A stretch of DNA of 64,000 nt, from the NCBI GenBank assembly GCA_964291625.2, contig OZ220089.1, forward strand, positions 1,184,001 through 1,248,000. Reading direction: 5' to 3'. This DNA is from Candidatus Latescibacterota bacterium (GTDB lineage: Bacteria > Latescibacterota > UBA2968 > UBA8231). Positions 1 to 8,917 of the stretch are shown one piece after another. Numbering within the stretch: the stretch's first letter is position 1; each line of letters starts with the position of its first letter. Below the pieces are notes generated by a model. The model did no database searches. It was given only the letters and a program-made list of their open reading frames with translations, and was not told where the DNA came from. Both the position numbers and the translations under genes were made by a program.

Positions 1-2
1 GG

Positions 3-2087
3 GTCGAGGTGCGGGAGGACCTGGGGACCGCGGCCCTCAAGGTGCGCACCGGCGAGCGCGGCGCCACCATGGCCGTGTTCTCCAAGAGCCTGGTGCCGGC
101 CCTCTCCGAGCTGCCCGGCCGGGTCGAGGGCCTGGTCCGCCAGGCCCGCTCGGGGGATTCCGACGGCGAGGTGCTCCACGGGCGGCTGGCCGGGGCGCGG
201 GCCGGGCGCAAGCGCTGCGACCGCTGCGGCCAGGTCATCCCCCGCCGCTACGGGGTCTGCCCGGCCTGCCTGGAGAAGGGCAAGCTCCTCTTCCGGCTGC
301 TCGGGTATGCCAGGCCCCACTGGCGGCTCATCAGCTTCAGCCTCTCCCTCATGGTGCTGGCCACGGTCATCGGCCTGAGCCCGCCTCTGCTGCAGAGGGT
401 GCTCATCGACGATGTCCTGAATCTCGACGCCCCTGCCTCCACGACCGCCGAGGAACGCTTCGACCTGCTGGCTCTCCTGCCGGTCTCCGAGGGCGACCGG
501 GTGGCGGCGCTGGCCTGGCTGGTGGGCCTTCTGATAGGGATCAACCTCACCGTCACCGTCCTGTCGGCCCTGCGCGGCTACATCATGGCCCGCATCGGGC
601 AGCGCGTCACCTACGGCCTGCGCAACGAGGTGTACGCCCATCTCCACGCCCTGTCGCTCAGCTACTACACCAAGAACGAGACCGGGCGCATCATGGCCAG
701 CGTCACCCACGACGTGGGGCGCCTGCAGGACTTCATCAGCGACGGCCTGCAGGAAGCGATCCGCGACGTGCTCACCCTGGTCGTCATCTGCGTCATCCTC
801 TTCTGGCTCAATCCCGGGCTCGCGGCCCTGGTGCTCCTGCCGACGCCCCTGCTGGTGTGGGCGACTCTCCGCTTCGGCCGCAAGCTGCACGCCATCTACC
901 GGCCCTTGTGGCGCCGCTGGGCGGGCTTGAGCGCCCTCCTCGCCGATACCATCCCCGGGGTGCGCGTGGTCAAGGCCTTCGCCCAGGAACGGCGGGAGGT
1001 GGGCAAGTTCAAGGGGCGCAGCCTCGACCTGCTGCGGGGGGAGCTGCGGGTGGCGTGGATGCGCAGCCTCTTCGGCCCGGTCATGTCCTTCGTGACCGCC
1101 ATCGGCATGATCATCATCTGGTGGGTCGGGGGCCGCGACATCCTGGCCGGCGAGCTGACCCTGGGTGACTTCGTCGCCTTCACCATGTACATGCACCGCT
1201 TCTACGGACCGGTGGAGAGTCTGTGCCGCCTCAACCACCGCTTCCAGCACGCCGCCACCTCGGCCGAGCGCGTCTTCGACGTCCTCGACACCCACCCGGA
1301 GATCCTCGACCCGGCCGGCGCCGCGACCATGCCGCCCATCGAGGGCCGGGTCGAGTTCCGCGGCGTCCACTTCGGCTACGAGGAGGAGAAGCCGGTCCTC
1401 GAGGACCTGAGCTTCACCGTCGAGCCGGGCGAGATGATCGGCCTGGCCGGCCACAGCGGCGCCGGCAAGAGCACCCTGATCAACCTCATCTGCCGCTTCT
1501 ACGAGCCCCAGGAAGGGGCGATCCTCATCGACGGCCACGACACCCGCGGGGTGAACCTGCGATCCCTGCGCGAGCAGGTCGGCGTGGTCCTGCAGGATCC
1601 CTTCCTCTTCAACGGCACGGTGGCCGAGAACGTCGCCTACGGCCATCCCGAGGCCTCCCTCGAGGAGATCGTGGCCGCGGCCAAGGCCGCCAACGCCCAC
1701 GACTTCGTCATGAACATGCCCGACGGCTACGACACCCTGGTCGGCGAGCGCGGCCTGCGCGTCTCCGGGGGCGAGCGCCAGCGGATCTCCATCGCCCGCG
1801 CCATCCTGCGGGACCCGCGCATCCTCATCCTTGACGAAGCGACCTCCAACGTCGACACCCAGACCGAGGCGCAGATCCAGGAGGCCCTGGAGCGGCTCGT
1901 CCGGGGACGGACCACCTTCGCCATCGCCCACCGCCTGTCGACCCTGAAGAACGCCCACCGCCTGCTCATCCTCGAGAAGGGGCGGCTCGCCGAGATCGGC
2001 ACCCACGACGAGCTGATCGCGCGGGACGGCATCTACGCGAACCTGTGCCGCCTGCAGACCGAGATGTCCCGACTGAGGGCCTGGTAG
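3..2087 (+). CDS. ABC exporter, fused permease + ATP-binding domain (5'-truncated by window edge), with N-terminal CxxC...CxxC motif
   Basis: Multiple TM helices, Walker A GHSGAGKST, signature VSGGERQR, Walker B ILILDEATS, H-loop AHRL; CDRC...CPAC before the TM domain; frame open to window start. Confidence 0.92.
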   Translation, partial: VEVREDLGTAALKVRTGERGATMAVFSKSLVPALSELPGRVEGLVRQARSGDSDGEVLHGRLAGARAGRKRCDRCGQVIPRRYGVCPACLEKGKLLFRLLGYARPHWRLISFSLSLMVLATVIGLSPPLLQRVLIDDVLNLDAPASTTAEERFDLLALLPVSEGDRVAALAWLVGLLIGINLTVTVLSALRGYIMARIGQRVTYGLRNEVYAHLHALSLSYYTKNETGRIMASVTHDVGRLQDFISDGLQEAIRDVLTLVVICVILFWLNPGLAALVLLPTPLLVWATLRFGRKLHAIYRPLWRRWAGLSALLADTIPGVRVVKAFAQERREVGKFKGRSLDLLRGELRVAWMRSLFGPVMSFVTAIGMIIIWWVGGRDILAGELTLGDFVAFTMYMHRFYGPVESLCRLNHRFQHAATSAERVFDVLDTHPEILDPAGAATMPPIEGRVEFRGVHFGYEEEKPVLEDLSFTVEPGEMIGLAGHSGAGKSTLINLICRFYEPQEGAILIDGHDTRGVNLRSLREQVGVVLQDPFLFNGTVAENVAYGHPEASLEEIVAAAKAANAHDFVMNMPDGYDTLVGERGLRVSGGERQRISIARAILRDPRILILDEATSNVDTQTEAQIQEALERLVRGRTTFAIAHRLSTLKNAHRLLILEKGRLAEIGTHDELIARDGIYANLCRLQTEMSRLRAW

Positions 2088-2089
2088 AG

Positions 2090-2602
2090 ATGCCGCAGCG
2101 CCACGACCTGGCCGCGGAGGTGACCTACCTCGACCCGGAGAAGGCGCGGTTCCACGTCGACGCCTTCGAGGACCTGAACCTCGAGCTGGCCGGGGACCGG
2201 ACCTGGTCGAGGGTCCGGGTCAGGCGGGCCTTCCCCCTGACGCGGGACGACTGCTTCATCGTCGTCCAGGACCGCGACGGCCAGGAGATCGGCTCGCTGG
2301 CCCGCCTCGACGCGCTGGACCCGGACAGCCGGCAGGCCGTGGAGGAGGAGCTGGAGCGGGCCTACTTCACGCCGCGGATCGAGCGCATCGCCAAGGTGAC
2401 GACCGCCTACCGTGTGCCGCGCTGGGAGGTGGAGACCGACCGCGGACCCCGCGCCTTCGAGATCTACTCGAGCCGCCGCGACGTCCGGGTGCTCGACGGC
2501 GGCCGGGTGCTGGTGCAGGACGCCGACGGCAACCGCTACGAGATCCCCGACTACCGTCGCCTGGACCCGGCCAGCCGAGCCTTGGTCGAGGAGATGCTGT
2601 GA
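2090..2602 (+). CDS. DUF1854-family protein
   Basis: ATG 2 bp after ABC stop; motifs RRAFPLT, YFTPRI, WEVETDRG, DADGNRY typical of DUF1854, which usually follows this ABC type. Confidence 0.75.
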   Translation: MPQRHDLAAEVTYLDPEKARFHVDAFEDLNLELAGDRTWSRVRVRRAFPLTRDDCFIVVQDRDGQEIGSLARLDALDPDSRQAVEEELERAYFTPRIERIAKVTTAYRVPRWEVETDRGPRAFEIYSSRRDVRVLDGGRVLVQDADGNRYEIPDYRRLDPASRALVEEML

Positions 2603-4737
2603 GCGACCCCAGGGGTGTTGCGATGGGGACGGTCGGATTGCCGGGCGCCTGGTGCCTGGCCGGAGTGATAGGTCTGCTGATGTTGGCGGGGCCAGAACCC
2701 TCAACCGCAACGGATGTACCCACAGTGTTCTTTGCCGGCGTCGACAGCACCGGCCGGGCACAGGCGCAGAGCAATGCGGACGGCTACGTGCTGATCGAGT
2801 CGCCGGAGTACCCGCGCGGCCTTTGGCTGCGGTTGCTCGATTCCGCCGGTCGGCCCCTCGCTGGCCTCCAGGTCGAATACCAGGGCCGGCCCGACAGCCT
2901 GGTGGCCCTGCACTGCGTCGATCCGGCAGGGAAGGTGCAGGAAACGCTCGTCTGGACCCGGCCACAGGGGGACCCTCTTCCCCTGACCCTGAAGGCGCGG
3001 AAACCTGCCGGGGAACTGCCGGCAGGATTGATCCCCTTCGATTTGCAGATTGACCCGACCGCTCCATTGAAGTTGGAGCTATCGCTCGAGACCCAACTCA
3101 CTGGTTGGGAGGAGGTGGAGTCTTTCCTGCGAGCCCGTTGGAGAGGGCGAACTGGACGGGTGGCCTTCCGGTTCGACTACAACGAGAGCATCTTTTTGAG
3201 GATCTCACTCGATCGGCCCCATGCCATAGACCAGCTCCTGGCCTATCTCCAACAGTTGCGTTCATGGGGGATTGCCCACGAAAGGCCCTTCGGTCTCGAA
3301 GTGCATGATATCGATGACCTCACCGGCTTCCAGGAGACAGTGGTTCTCTATACCTCTCCGATCCTGGACCCGAACCTGGACCGTGTGGTCCAGAGGGCCA
3401 TGGGCCATCGTTCGCCAATCCTCCTCAGAAAGGAGAGCCTCCATCACCTGACCCGGCTCTTCGCCTGGGATGACAGCATCCGTACTCTGCAAGGCCTTGA
3501 GCATGCGATCAACCTGGGGGAGATCTCGCTGATCAGAAACCAGATCTCTGACCTGACTCCCCTCGCTGCCTTGAACAATCTGACAACTCTGTCGCTGGGC
3601 GAGAATCATATCGACGACCTGACAGCCCTGGCCAATTTGAGGAACCTCACAGCCCTGTCGCTGAGTAACAACCAGATCGGAGACCTGACACCGCTAGCCG
3701 ATCTGGAGAACCTGACAACCCTGGCTCTGAGGAAAAACCAGGTTGAGGACCTGTCGCCGCTGGCCAACTTGAACAGTCTGACATCGCTGTCCCTTGGAGG
3801 AAACCAGATCGAAGACCTGGCACCGCTGGCGAGCTTGAACAACCTTGCTGAGCTATCGCTCTCGCAGAATCGTATCTACGATCTTGGGCCACTTGCCAAT
3901 CTGAACAACCTGACATCGTTGTCGGTGCGGCAGAATCCGATAAGCGACCTGACACCGTTGGCGAATCTGAGCAGTTTGATATCCCTGGGGCTGGGAAATA
4001 ACGAGTTTCTCGAGGATCTGACGCCTTTGGCCAACTTGGAATACTTGACATCTCTGGAGCTGAACAACACCCGTGGCATTGACCTGTCCCCCTTGGCCAG
4101 TCTGGACAACCTGACCGAATTACACCTGTTCGGCAGCCGCATGACAGATATTGGTTCGCTAAGGAAGTTGAGGAATCTGAGAGAACTGAGCCTGGGATAC
4201 AACTTGCAGAGCGATATCGAACCCTTGACAGTTCTAACCAATCTTGAAGTGCTGGACCTGAGGGACAACCAGATAACGGATCTGTTGCCGCTGGCCAGTC
4301 TGACCAACCTGACATCGATAAGGTTGGGGGGCAACTGGATCCAGGATCTGACCCCGTTGGCCGATCTGAAAGGGCTGACAGAACTCACACTATGGGGAAA
4401 CCAGATCCAGGACCTGACTCCGTTGGCGGGCCTGGCCAACCTGCGGCTACTATTGCTGGACAGGAATAAAGTAGCTGATGTGGCGCCGCTGGCCGCCTTG
4501 AACAGCCTGCGGGAGCTGAGCCTGAAGGATAACCGGATCATCGATCTCGAGCCGTTGGGAGACATGGACAACCTGACAGGGGTGAACCTGCAGAAGAACC
4601 AGATCGTCGATGTGAGCCCGCTGACCAGAATGGATGGCCTGCGGTGGGTCTACTTGGGGAACAACCCACTCGGCCCCCAGGCTCTGGACGTGCACATCCC
4701 CGCCCTTCGAGAAAGGGGGATTTTTGTCACGTACTGA
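2599..4737 (+). CDS. Secreted internalin-like leucine-rich repeat protein (~19 x 22-aa LRRs) with uncharacterised N-terminal domain
   Basis: Hydrophobic signal-like N-terminus; repeats LxxLxLxxNQIxDLxPLxxLxN from ~3448 to ~4670; GTGA overlap with upstream stop (alternative ATG 2623). Confidence 0.9.
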   Translation: MSDPRGVAMGTVGLPGAWCLAGVIGLLMLAGPEPSTATDVPTVFFAGVDSTGRAQAQSNADGYVLIESPEYPRGLWLRLLDSAGRPLAGLQVEYQGRPDSLVALHCVDPAGKVQETLVWTRPQGDPLPLTLKARKPAGELPAGLIPFDLQIDPTAPLKLELSLETQLTGWEEVESFLRARWRGRTGRVAFRFDYNESIFLRISLDRPHAIDQLLAYLQQLRSWGIAHERPFGLEVHDIDDLTGFQETVVLYTSPILDPNLDRVVQRAMGHRSPILLRKESLHHLTRLFAWDDSIRTLQGLEHAINLGEISLIRNQISDLTPLAALNNLTTLSLGENHIDDLTALANLRNLTALSLSNNQIGDLTPLADLENLTTLALRKNQVEDLSPLANLNSLTSLSLGGNQIEDLAPLASLNNLAELSLSQNRIYDLGPLANLNNLTSLSVRQNPISDLTPLANLSSLISLGLGNNEFLEDLTPLANLEYLTSLELNNTRGIDLSPLASLDNLTELHLFGSRMTDIGSLRKLRNLRELSLGYNLQSDIEPLTVLTNLEVLDLRDNQITDLLPLASLTNLTSIRLGGNWIQDLTPLADLKGLTELTLWGNQIQDLTPLAGLANLRLLLLDRNKVADVAPLAALNSLRELSLKDNRIIDLEPLGDMDNLTGVNLQKNQIVDVSPLTRMDGLRWVYLGNNPLGPQALDVHIPALRERGIFVTY

Positions 4738-4744
4738 CCGAATA

Positions 4745-5971
4745 GTGAAGTCAGGCCTGTTCCTCGGGTCCGCCGTTCTCTCCCTGGCGGTGGCCGGCTG
4801 CGGGGACGATCCCACCGGACCGGAGCCGGGGGCGGAGCCCATCACCCTGGCGGCGGCCCTGGCCGAGACCGGGCGGCATGCCGGCGCGGGCAACGATCTC
4901 GCGTGGGGGTACCGGCTCGCCGTCGACCTGCTGAACGCGAGAGGCGGCATCGCCGGCCGTCCGGTGCAGCTGATGATCCGCGACGATGAGAGCGACCCGG
5001 AGACGAGCGCCCGCCTCTACTCCGGGTTCGCCGCCTCCGACTCGATCGACGCCCTCCTCGGTCCGTACAGCAGCGTGATCACCGAGGCCGTGATCCCCGT
5101 CGCCGAAGCCGCGGGCATTCCCCTCGTCGCCCCGCTTGCGGCGGCACCCGAGCTCTGGGCGGGGCAGCAGCGGCAGTGGAGCGTCCAGATGCTGAGCCCG
5201 GCTCCCACCTATGCACAGGGCTCGGTGGAGGTGGCCGCGGTGGGCGGCGCCGAGACCGTGGCCCTGATCTACGAGGACACCGCCTTTCCCCGCTCCCTGG
5301 CCAACGGCGTGCGCGAGGCCGCCGAAAAGCACGGGCTCGAACTGGTGCTGGACCAGGCCTACGCCGCCGGAGAAGCGGACCACGAGGCCCTGGCCGCGGC
5401 GGCCCGGGACGCGGGCGGGGACCTCTTCGTCATCGCAGGATACGGCGAGGACCAGGTCGCCTTGCGAATCGCCGTGGACGAGGCCGGGTACGTGCCCGTG
5501 ATGTTGAGCGTCAACAGCCCCGCGTCCCCCCTGTTCGTCTCGGGAGTGGGGGAGCTGGCTCGATGCGTGGCCGGGGGCGCTCCCTGGGTGCCGGCGGTTC
5601 GCACCTCCGGTTTCATCGCGGACAGCCAGACCCTGGTCGGGAAGTACGAAGCCGCCGAGGGGACGAGCCCCGACCACCGCCCCGCGGGCGGGTTCGGAGC
5701 GGTGGAGGTCATGGCCGAGGCCATCGAGGCGGCACTGGCCGAGAGCGGAGAGCTCGATCCGGCCGCGATCCGCGACCAGCTCTTCGCCCTGGAGACCGAG
5801 ACGGTGCTGGGCCCCTTCAGCGTCTACCCCCTCGGCGATTCCCGGGCCGGCGCCCAGCGCGGCCTCGAGGGGGTGCAGGTCCAGTGGCAGGACGGCGAGG
5901 AGGGGGGGCTCGCCCTGCGCATCATCCACCCGGAAGCGCTCGCCGAGGCGTCTCCCTGCTTCCTGCGCTGA
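4745..5971 (+). CDS. Branched-chain amino acid ABC-type substrate-binding lipoprotein (LivJ/Peripla_BP_6-like)
   Basis: GTG 4745; lipobox LAVAG-C; motifs GYRLAVDLLNARGGIAGR, DDESDP, LLGPYSS. Confidence 0.85.
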   Translation: MKSGLFLGSAVLSLAVAGCGDDPTGPEPGAEPITLAAALAETGRHAGAGNDLAWGYRLAVDLLNARGGIAGRPVQLMIRDDESDPETSARLYSGFAASDSIDALLGPYSSVITEAVIPVAEAAGIPLVAPLAAAPELWAGQQRQWSVQMLSPAPTYAQGSVEVAAVGGAETVALIYEDTAFPRSLANGVREAAEKHGLELVLDQAYAAGEADHEALAAAARDAGGDLFVIAGYGEDQVALRIAVDEAGYVPVMLSVNSPASPLFVSGVGELARCVAGGAPWVPAVRTSGFIADSQTLVGKYEAAEGTSPDHRPAGGFGAVEVMAEAIEAALAESGELDPAAIRDQLFALETETVLGPFSVYPLGDSRAGAQRGLEGVQVQWQDGEEGGLALRIIHPEALAEASPCFLR

Positions 5972-5989
5972 TCGGCCGGGGGCCGGAAC

Positions 5990-6538
5990 TCACTCCACCG
6001 GTTCGTAGGGGAACGAGGAGTGATGGAGGTTGATCCGCAGCTTCCCCTCCCCGTCCCGGAAGTAGCCGAAGGTGTACTCCACCTTCGCTTCGGTTCCGGT
6101 ATTCGCGTCGGTGAAGTAGTAGTTGCCCATGGCGATCGCCGAGTCGCCATCGATGGCGAACCCCGCGTTCTCGAAGCGGACCGCGCTCCAGGGCTGGATG
6201 GCGAACCCGTGGTCCTCGGGAAGGGCGCCGGTCACGAAGTAGGAGACCGCCTCCTCCCTCGTTGAACGGAACTGCTTCTCCGACGCCTTCGTCGGCTTGA
6301 ACAGCACCGGCCCTTCGGCATACCCGTACAGAGCATCGACGGTCCGTTCCGCCACGGCCCGGTAGTCCTCTCCTTCCGAGTACGCGGCCCCGATCGCGAC
6401 GATCGCAGCGCCCCAGTCTTCCTGGGCCTCCAGGATCTCGCTCTCGGTAATCCTCCCCTTCGCGGCACTACCCTCTGCATATGCCATCGTCAATACCGTC
6501 CCTGCCAGCGCTGCGGAAATGACCAAGGTGACATTCAC
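5990..6538 (-). CDS. Secreted NTF2/SnoaL-fold protein of unknown function
   Basis: Signal peptide; motifs VLFKPT, EDHGFAIQPW, AMGNYYF, KVEYTFGY, INLHHSS. Confidence 0.7.
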   Translation of the reverse strand: MNVTLVISAALAGTVLTMAYAEGSAAKGRITESEILEAQEDWGAAIVAIGAAYSEGEDYRAVAERTVDALYGYAEGPVLFKPTKASEKQFRSTREEAVSYFVTGALPEDHGFAIQPWSAVRFENAGFAIDGDSAIAMGNYYFTDANTGTEAKVEYTFGYFRDGEGKLRINLHHSSFPYEPVE

Positions 6539-6557
6539 TCTGTTCCCTCCCCCTCAG

Positions 6558-7349
6558 CTAGATGGAAGTGGCCCGCATCTCGTCGGACCAGTCGCGCCAC
6601 ATATCCTCCTGCGGCGGCTCCTGTTGGGTCTCCTCGATGTCCTTCTTCACGAAGTCGTAGAGCACGGCCTGGCGCAGCTGGCGCGAGGTGTTGGGGCTGG
6701 CCATGTGGCCAAGGCGGTGGTGCCAGAAGACGATGTCGCCGGCCTGGCCGTGGGTGTCGACGGGGGCGCGCTGGTTGAAGGCGGTCCTCACCTTCTCGTA
6801 GGCGGCCTCGTCGTTGTCGCGGCAGTACTGGGAGGTGAAAGTGGGGTAGAAGGCGCGGTGACTCTCGGGCCAGACCATGAAGCTGCCGCCGCCGGGGGGC
6901 ACGTCGTCGATGTAGCCGACCACGCCGAGGTGGAAGGGGTGGCCGTCGGTGTGACAGCCCAGGGCCTGGGCCGGGTGGTCGCCGTAGGGCAGGGTGCAGT
7001 AGATTCCGCGGATGCGCTGCGGCTGCACGAGCTGCCCCTCGCCGAGCATCTGCTCGGCCATGGCCCACACCCGGGGCTCGGTGGCCAGGAGGCGCACCAT
7101 CCACGGCTCGCCGCCGGGGTCGCGCAGGTTCCAGCGGAAGCCGCGCCGGTGGTTGCCGCTGTCGGGGTTCTCCTCGTCCTCGCGCCAGGGGCCGACCCAG
7201 GTGTCGGGGTCGTCCCGCCGGCGGCCCGAAGGCGCGCCCTCCCACAGCCGGGCGCGGGCCCGCTCCATGAGGCCGGGGTCGAGCACCCCCCGCTTGATGA
7301 GGTAGCCGTTGCGCTTGAAGAAGCCCATCTCGCCGGTCGTCAGCCGCAT
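6558..7349 (-). CDS. Phytanoyl-CoA dioxygenase (PhyH)-family Fe(II)/2OG oxygenase
   Basis: N-terminal FFKRNGYL, HTD, GGSFMVWPESH, AGDIVFWHHRLGH; ATG at 7349 after AAGGAA. Confidence 0.85.
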   Translation of the reverse strand: MRLTTGEMGFFKRNGYLIKRGVLDPGLMERARARLWEGAPSGRRRDDPDTWVGPWREDEENPDSGNHRRGFRWNLRDPGGEPWMVRLLATEPRVWAMAEQMLGEGQLVQPQRIRGIYCTLPYGDHPAQALGCHTDGHPFHLGVVGYIDDVPPGGGSFMVWPESHRAFYPTFTSQYCRDNDEAAYEKVRTAFNQRAPVDTHGQAGDIVFWHHRLGHMASPNTSRQLRQAVLYDFVKKDIEETQQEPPQEDMWRDWSDEMRATSI

Positions 7350-7426
7350 AGTCCGTTCCTTTCGGCCGAGAGTATAGACCCGAGGGCCCCCGCCGCGGGA
7401 GTGCCCCAACCGGAGATCCGCGAAGA

Positions 7427-8176
7427 ATGGAAGCGCTGTTCCACCCCTATGCCTTCGGCGACGACGAGCGGGCCGTCCTCGACCGCGACGGACACTTCGC
7501 GCTGCCCGGCATCCTCACCGACTCGGCCCGCACGCACCTGACCGCGGCCCTGGCCCGCATCCAGTCGATGCCGCGCGAAGACGAGGAGCATCCTCCCCAG
7601 CGGTTCTCCGCCGAGTTCGACGCCTGTCTCGAGAGCCTGATCGGCCATCCCCAGCTGCTGGACCTCGTGCGCCGGGTGCTGGGGCCGGAGATCCGCTACG
7701 ACCACTGCGTGGCCCTCAACCGCGAGGGCGGCAACCAGGGGAGCCGGTGGCACAGCCACGAGTACGCCGACGACGACCCGGCCCTGGGCTTCGTGCGCGT
7801 GTTCTTCTACGTCAATGGCTTCGAGGCCGACGACGGCGGGCTGAAGGTGGTCCCCGGCAGCCACCTGTACCGGGACCCCGCCATCCACGCGGACTCCGAT
7901 GCCGCGCTGGCCCAGGGATGGATGGCGGGGAAGGTGCATCCGGTCAGCGGCGAGCCACTCCGCATCGAGGAGCTCTCGGTGCCGGCGGGGACGGTGGTGC
8001 TGATGTGGACCCATGCTGCCCACGGGGTCAACCCGCGCAAGGAACGGAGCGACACCCGCTGGTGCGTGGTCTATGCGTACCGCAACCCGGGGCGGGAGTC
8101 GCGGGCGCGGTGGCTCACCCCGGCCTTCGAGAGGAAACCGATCCCGGGCGCCGAAGGGTTGATGAGCCTCTACTGA
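7427..8176 (+). CDS. PhyH-family dioxygenase
   Basis: DRDGHF, WHSH, GGLKVVPGSH, AGTVVLMWTHAAHG; divergent from previous gene. Confidence 0.85.
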   Translation: MEALFHPYAFGDDERAVLDRDGHFALPGILTDSARTHLTAALARIQSMPREDEEHPPQRFSAEFDACLESLIGHPQLLDLVRRVLGPEIRYDHCVALNREGGNQGSRWHSHEYADDDPALGFVRVFFYVNGFEADDGGLKVVPGSHLYRDPAIHADSDAALAQGWMAGKVHPVSGEPLRIEELSVPAGTVVLMWTHAAHGVNPRKERSDTRWCVVYAYRNPGRESRARWLTPAFERKPIPGAEGLMSLY

Positions 8177-8819
8177 TCAACTCGCTGCCCACGATCTTCG
8201 CCGAGTCCGGTGAGATCGACTGGGACGGCACGCGTGCCGTGATCGACAAGTCCCTCGAAGGGGACTGCGCCCGGCCGACTGGGCCAAGGGCACGCCCGAG
8301 ACCCTGGCCGACTTCTACAAGGCCTGCGGCCGCGAGGCGCCGGTGATGTTCGTGGGTGCCGTGCCGATCGGCACCCTCGAACTGGTGGCCGACGACCCGA
8401 ACATGTGGGCCTTCAAGGAGGACCTGACGCTCAACTACGCCCACGAGGTCCTCATGCGCTGGGGCGACCGCTGGACCATGACCGGCGGCGGCGGCATCAA
8501 GCGCCACTACGTGCTGTGGCCCCACGGCTGCAACGCCTGGCTCGATGTCCTCATCTACTGCAACCTCCCCCCGCCGAAGCTCTACTGGGAAGCCCTCAAG
8601 CGGAACGACGCGGCCGAGGCCTGGCGCCTCGCCCTGCACCACGAACAGCCGTTCTGGGACCTGTGGCCGGTCTTCCCGGCCGGCGGCGACGGGCTGATCC
8701 ACGCCATGATCGAGGTCTGCGGCGTCGCCCCCCGCTGGCGCCGGTCCCCCGCTCCCAACGCCACCGGGGAGGAGATGGAGCAGGTCCGCGATCTCCTGCG
8801 GGGGCTGGAGCTGCTGTAG
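8176..8819 (+). pseudogene. Dihydrodipicolinate synthase (DapA)-family pseudogene
   Basis: INSLPTIFAESGEIDWDGTRAVID (DapA-like N-terminus, no start codon) in one frame joins near 8260, via an internal deletion/frameshift, to PADWAKGTPETLADFY...AFKED...LELL* in another frame. Confidence 0.7.
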
Positions 8820-8822
8820 CCG

Positions 8823-8895
8823 CGAACCGCTGGCGGCCTCCGCCGGATGCGGCAACCCGACGGCCCTGGCAGCACTTCAGCCCGGGAGAGTGCTC
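8823..8895 (+). pseudogene. ~70-bp remnant of an arsM-like gene ([16 protein letters not shown])
   Basis: Aligns by eye to 13700-13775; 29-bp identical core gccggatgcggcaacccgacggccctggc (8842-8870 = 13719-13747). Confidence 0.8.
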
Positions 8896-8917
8896 CTGGG
8901 TTCAATTGCCCACCCTC

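Noticed and set aside
3448-4670. 66-bp periodicity as a CRISPR array
   Set aside because: Degenerate in-frame LRR codons; no identical repeats with unique spacers and no cas genes
5990-6538. Phosphoribosyl-AMP cyclohydrolase (HisI) label often given to this family
   Set aside because: No HisI Cys/Asp motifs, it has a signal peptide, and there are no his genes nearby
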